Source: Vicugna vicugna (lineage: Eukaryota). Taken from it: a stretch of 64,000 nucleotides of DNA. Location of the stretch: contig MU059829.1 of NCBI GenBank assembly GCA_013265495.1, positions 3,844,001 through 3,908,000 on the forward strand. Direction: 5' to 3'. Position 1 is the first letter of the stretch. Each line of letters begins with the position of its first letter. A program made the position numbers and the translations under genes. The notes under the pieces are model-generated. The model ran no database searches and was not told the DNA's origin. It saw only the letters and a program-made list of their open reading frames with translations. Positions 59,751-64,000 of this stretch are shown piece by piece.

Positions 59751-60786
59751 TCCAAGGCCTCGCTCTGCAGCCTGACCCCGTCCAGGCTCCTCCAAGGGGA
59801 GTCAGAGATTAGGGACAGAGGAACGGCCAGGGAGCCTCCAGGTGAAGCCATAAAGATGCCGGCTTCCAGGGAGTGGGAGCAGCTGCCCGGACCACACAGC
59901 GGCCAGGGACACACTCCTCCTGCAGCCCTATTTCTGCCCAGTCCTCACCGCCTCCCACACGGGCCCATGCCTCCTCCCACCGTCCAATCTGTGCGAATAT
60001 CCGACCCCTTCTGCTGAGCTGGCCTCCTGCACACGCCTCCCCCGACGACCCAGCTCTGGGCTCCAGGTGACACCAGTGACCTGCCGCCTCCCTGGCACCA
60101 CTCCTGCCGGGAACGGGCCGACGCTGAGCTGCGGGAGGTACCGTGCCTCCCGGGGTCTCGCTCCTGCGCTGAGAAGCGTGGAACAAGGCAGGTGACAGCA
60201 CAGAGGACGCCCTTGAGTGAACACCACTTCAGCTGCGTGCCCTTCGACGTGTGAGCAAATTCAAACAGCAGCAGGACGGAAGAGCAACTGAAGCACAAGT
60301 TACTTGACAGTGTCCTTTTAAAACACACCTCAGACACCGGGCGCCAGCAGCTCTCAGCTCTGGTCTCGGGAGCCCCTCAAAAGCCCAGAGAAACTACCAA
60401 GACGCCCAGCGGCTTGGTTGCCCTGGTTTACTCCTCTCTGTTCACTGTGTAAGGAGCTAAAACTGAGAAAAATGCTGAGCATTTTTATTAATACTCATTT
60501 AAAAAGTAACAAACCTATTGCATTTTACCTCAGGTAAAAAACTTACGAAAAATCACTGTATTTTCCAAAACAACAAAAAAGTGCATCATTTTGCATTTGA
60601 GAGGGATCTGCGCAGACGGCAGACCCTGTGCCCAGCAGATGTGGTGTCGCCACATGCGGGAGGACGGGAGAGACAGAGGCCAAGGGTGCCCTGGGGTGGA
60701 GGGGGACCCGCCGCCCGGCCGGGGGCCCCGGGGTTCCCTGGGCCGCGCCGTGAGAACCACCGCCCGGGAGGAGGGGGCCACGCTAC

Positions 60787-60903
60787 CTTCCGCTCCTGCC
60801 TCTGCTTTAGCTGCTGCATCTCTACCGCTCCCACCGTGTTTGCCATCAAGGCTCGCATCTTTCTCTCATAGTGCTCCTTTAAGCGGGTTAGGTCACAGGA
60901 GAG
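60787..60903 (-). CDS. ARHGEF10: ARHGEF10 exon 9 (117 nt): LSCDLTRLKEHYERKMRALMANTVGAVEMQQLKQRQERK
   Basis: Acceptor ctctctgtag|CTC, donor AAG|gtagcg; phase 0-0; predicted coiled-coil segment. Confidence 0.95.
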
Positions 60904-62966
60904 CTACAGAGAGACACGGTCTTTCACAAACACGCTCTTCCCAGCAGGCACTTCCAGACGGTCTTACATCGCAGGGGCTCCAGCAGCGTCTGGGGAGGGG
61001 TGCTCAGACCCCAGGCCTCCGCCCAGGGCCCCGGGAGCCACGCGCCACAGAGACCCCGCATCCAGCCCACCAGCCCTCGAGAACAAATGCAGAGGTAAGT
61101 CACACGAATCATCGACAGGCGGACGCGGCTCCAGTTGGCCAGACTGGAGACTCCCACGCCAAGCAAGAGTGAGAAATGCAGGAGCAATCTGTGCACCGCC
61201 GTGCCTTCAGACTTCAGGGACATTAAAGATCAAATGCACAAGATACGCATAAAATTACTCCTTTAAGTCAGCACCAGAGCAAAAGAAACCTGAGTTCCAG
61301 GCTGCGCTGACGGGGGCATAAGCGGGGGCTGAAGATCCTGAAGTCTCTAGACTGGCCTACTATCCTGCAGCCCCCCCGGGAGGGGAAATCCTTGCGCTGC
61401 TCCCTCCCTAGATCACTGCCACCGTCTCAAGGATGCGAACCGAGGCCCCACCGCTCCCCAGGGCACGCTCCCACCTCCGCCCCGACAAGGACAGCTCGGC
61501 AACTCTTGACAAAAATCTGGGGCTGCTGGTGAGGCGACTCTTCAACTAGGCAGAGTGCTGTTTCAGCAGGTTTTGGAAACGGGCTTTTACACTAGGACAC
61601 TTGGGTCCCCGGCCCCAGGACCTGCCCCACAAGGAGGGACCAGAGGCTGCCCTGGGGAGTCCTCTGTGCTCGCGCCGCTCCGGGCAGGCCCTCCCGCACC
61701 TGCCACCCCTGCCCTGTCCCCTCGGCCCTGCTGGTGGTGCGTCTGGGCACTCGGGTCCCGGTGGGCGGCCAGGAGGGCAGAGTCTCTGCTCAGTCACGGC
61801 GCCTGCGGCTCGGGACTATTGCCCGACGCAGCCCAGCCTCTGTGTGACCCACCAGGCTCACCAAGGACGAAGGTCAGGGGGGTTTCACCCTCTCCCCAGT
61901 GCACCACCAGGGACGCATCCTGCTGAAATGAGACCCCAGCGCCACAGTGAAAGTCTCAGTTTCAACCTGGAGCGCTGGCGCAGCTGCCTCCCTGGCTGTT
62001 GGCTCAGCCACACATGTCGCCTGTAGCTTCGCTGGCTGCTCACGTCCCAGTGGCAGTAGCTCTGGTGACAGAAGAGAGCTGAGTTCCTGGAGGAAGCTTG
62101 TTAATAACACGGGTGCTCTGGGCTGGCTACCCTGAACTGGCAGGTTCTCCTTGAGTTTCATGAAACAAGATTCCAGAAGAGAGGACACCGAGCACCTGTA
62201 ACAACCTGTCAGCCACCGACGTGGAAACGGCGTCCGGGAACACGGAGCCCGGCCTGGGCTATGGGCAGGTGGAGGGGTGGTGCCCGCTGACCCTGTCGGG
62301 CTGGCGGCCTCCATCCACGTGGGGCCTGCACCTCAGCCCCACGCCAGGCACACGAAGCCAACAGGACTGCGGGCCGCAGCAGAGACCACCTTTCACAGAC
62401 GGTCGAGCTCCCCCGAGCCCGGGCCCCTGGGAAGACAGCCCTCGGCAAAGCCGCTCTCATGGCCCCAGCCGACACCACCAGCCCTGGGAACACTCCTTCC
62501 GGACCCTCGCCTCAGGAGGTTCTCTCCCTCACCCTTCAAGGAAGGATAACCTGGGACAGCCCGGCAGCTTTTGTCCTAAAACACCCTTTTGTGACATATT
62601 CTATTTTCTATCTTCCTATTTGTGTGAAGGCTGAGGTTCAAAGCACCCGCTAACGCAGTGGGGCCCATGCACATGGCGTGCAGGGCCAGGGTGTCCTGTG
62701 TGCACGAGACAGACCCTCAGGGACGGCCACTGCCTTAGGTTATTCAAGACGGCGAGCGCTTAGGGCCTTGAGTAACTTGGTTTGTAAAACTTAGCTCTCC
62801 CGTCCCGCCAGGCTTACACTGTATGAAAGAGGAGCGTCTTCTCCTCTGCCAGTGTCCCGCGCTCCCCTCAGACCACGTACACCCTCTTAAACGCAGCTCA
62901 ACACCCCGTGGGCCAAAGCCACGCTTCCTGGAGCGCCAGACCGGGGCACGCACGCGGCGCACGCAC

Positions 62967-63130
62967 CTGCTTCCTGTGGCCACCGCGCAGGAAGGGGCGG
63001 GGGGGCCCGTCTCTGCTCTCGCAGTCGCTCTGCTCCCCGTAGCTCTCGAACTCGCTGGAGCTCCAGCCGCACTCCAGGGAGCTGTCCCCGCCCTCGGCTC
63101 CGTCCTCCACGTCATCGTAAATCATCTCGT
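62967..63130 (-). CDS. ARHGEF10: ARHGEF10 exon 8 (164 nt): (D)EMIYDDVEDGAEGGDSSLECGWSSSEFESYGEQSDCESRDGPPRPFLRGGHRKQ
   Basis: Acceptor gtgcccccag|AC, donor CAG|gtgcgt; phase 1 to 0; acidic N-terminal region of ARHGEF10. Confidence 0.95.
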
Positions 63131-64000
63131 CTGGGGGCACAAACGCCAAGATGCCGCTGAGAAGGCAGCCCTGCAGCTCTCACCTCGCGCACGCCCGTCC
63201 CTGCACCGCGGGAGCCGTGGGAGTGGGGCCACGGGCCCGACGGAGCCCGAGGACCCCCGGTCCATGAGAACCCACCACAGCGCCACCAAACTCCCGCACA
63301 CAGGGAACTTCCAACGAGGGAAGAGTTAGACAAACGTATGGAACATAAACAGGACAGACAGACGGACAGAGGGACAGACGGTGAAGTCTGAATATGAGAA
63401 GCTCGTGGCAGATGCCCGGGAATTCTCTTCTGTGCTAAAAAGAGCCTAATGCGCTTACAGCCTGCGACTGTGTTCAGACGTGCGGTCACCTCGGTCCTCT
63501 AGGGTCAGTGACGAGCACTCCTGTTTCTGTCACCAAACACTGTGACGAAGGCCCTGCCCGGGCAGGGGACATGCTGCGTCTCCCCAGAGCAACCCTCACC
63601 TGCGGCAGGGGCACCACTCCCGGTGGCGTCTGGTACTGAGACCCCAGACCTCCCCTTCTGTGCCGGGAAAGGCCGACCTGGGAGGATGAATTGCTGGAAA
63701 ACGCTCCTCAGGCCTGGTCATGCAGACCAGCCCGGGGCCCCACCTTACACGCAACATGTATTTAAATGTCCCCCAGGAGCGTCCTTATCTAAGGACCTCG
63801 GAGGTTTGTCTGTAAAGAGACCCAGACGCACGGGCTGGTCCCCCACGGGAGGCCCTCAAGGGGAGGACTCGCCAGCTGAGGCTGGAACAGCGCTGGGCTC
63901 GTGGCAGCATCCAGAGCACTCGTGGAAGGACTCAAGGAAGCCGTGTGGGTCACCTGTGGATCTTAGGGACGTGCGCTCCAACCGCTGAGGAAGCTTCCTT

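Larger units (their letters stand above)
18797..63130 (-). other. ARHGEF10: ARHGEF10 gene body (partial: exons 8-29 by human numbering; 5' exons lie beyond the right edge)
   Basis: 22 exons joined at GT-AG sites give one uninterrupted frame (3,362 nt including stop) matching the recalled ARHGEF10 protein (e.g. [47 protein letters not shown]-terminal VMVWQIPLLNV*). Confidence 0.97.

Noticed and set aside
20530-62966. U12-type or non-canonical introns in ARHGEF10
   Set aside because: All 21 introns checked are GT-AG and none has the GTATCCTT U12 donor.
1-64000. CRISPR arrays, operons or prokaryotic defence systems
   Set aside because: The DNA is mammalian (spliced gene, LINE/SINE/MaLR remnants); the direct repeats have no unique spacers and no cas genes are present.

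Overview
This is GC- and CpG-rich mammalian genomic DNA, not prokaryotic. A tRNA-Ala-derived SINE at ~45,981-46,110 resembles the camelid Vic-1 type, so the source is probably a camel, llama or alpaca (recalled consensus, not searched). The window holds the 3' three-quarters of ARHGEF10 (RhoA GEF: DH, PH-like and beta-propeller domains) on the minus strand. I reconstructed 22 coding exons by hand (63,130 to stop at 20,018). All introns are GT-AG with consistent phases, giving 3,362 coding nt in one open frame; they correspond to human exons 8-29. The 3' UTR runs to an AATAAA at 18,816-18,821. About 11 kb further on, a CpG island (~6.1-7.8 kb) carries a strong minus-strand splice donor at 7,481/7,480; by synteny (ARHGEF10-KBTBD11) this is most likely the promoter and non-coding first exon of KBTBD11, whose CDS lies off the left edge. 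The rest is intron or intergenic DNA with old L1, L2, MIR and MLT1 remnants, small tandem duplications and G-runs. Nearly all other ORFs in the track are GC-rich noise. I found no convincing new multi-gene system. The best leads are: a 96-aa Gly-Pro/Gly-Ala repeat micro-ORF with Kozak context and its own AATAAA between the two genes; a well-formed unexplained minus-strand exon at 14,586-14,695; an in-frame alternative donor that would add 39 aa after ARHGEF10 exon 10; a lineage-specific SINE and an 84-bp duplication bracketing exon 17; and strong AT-to-GC drift of old repeats suggesting GC-biased gene conversion. Exon numbering, repeat families and motif identities come from recalled knowledge and need database confirmation.
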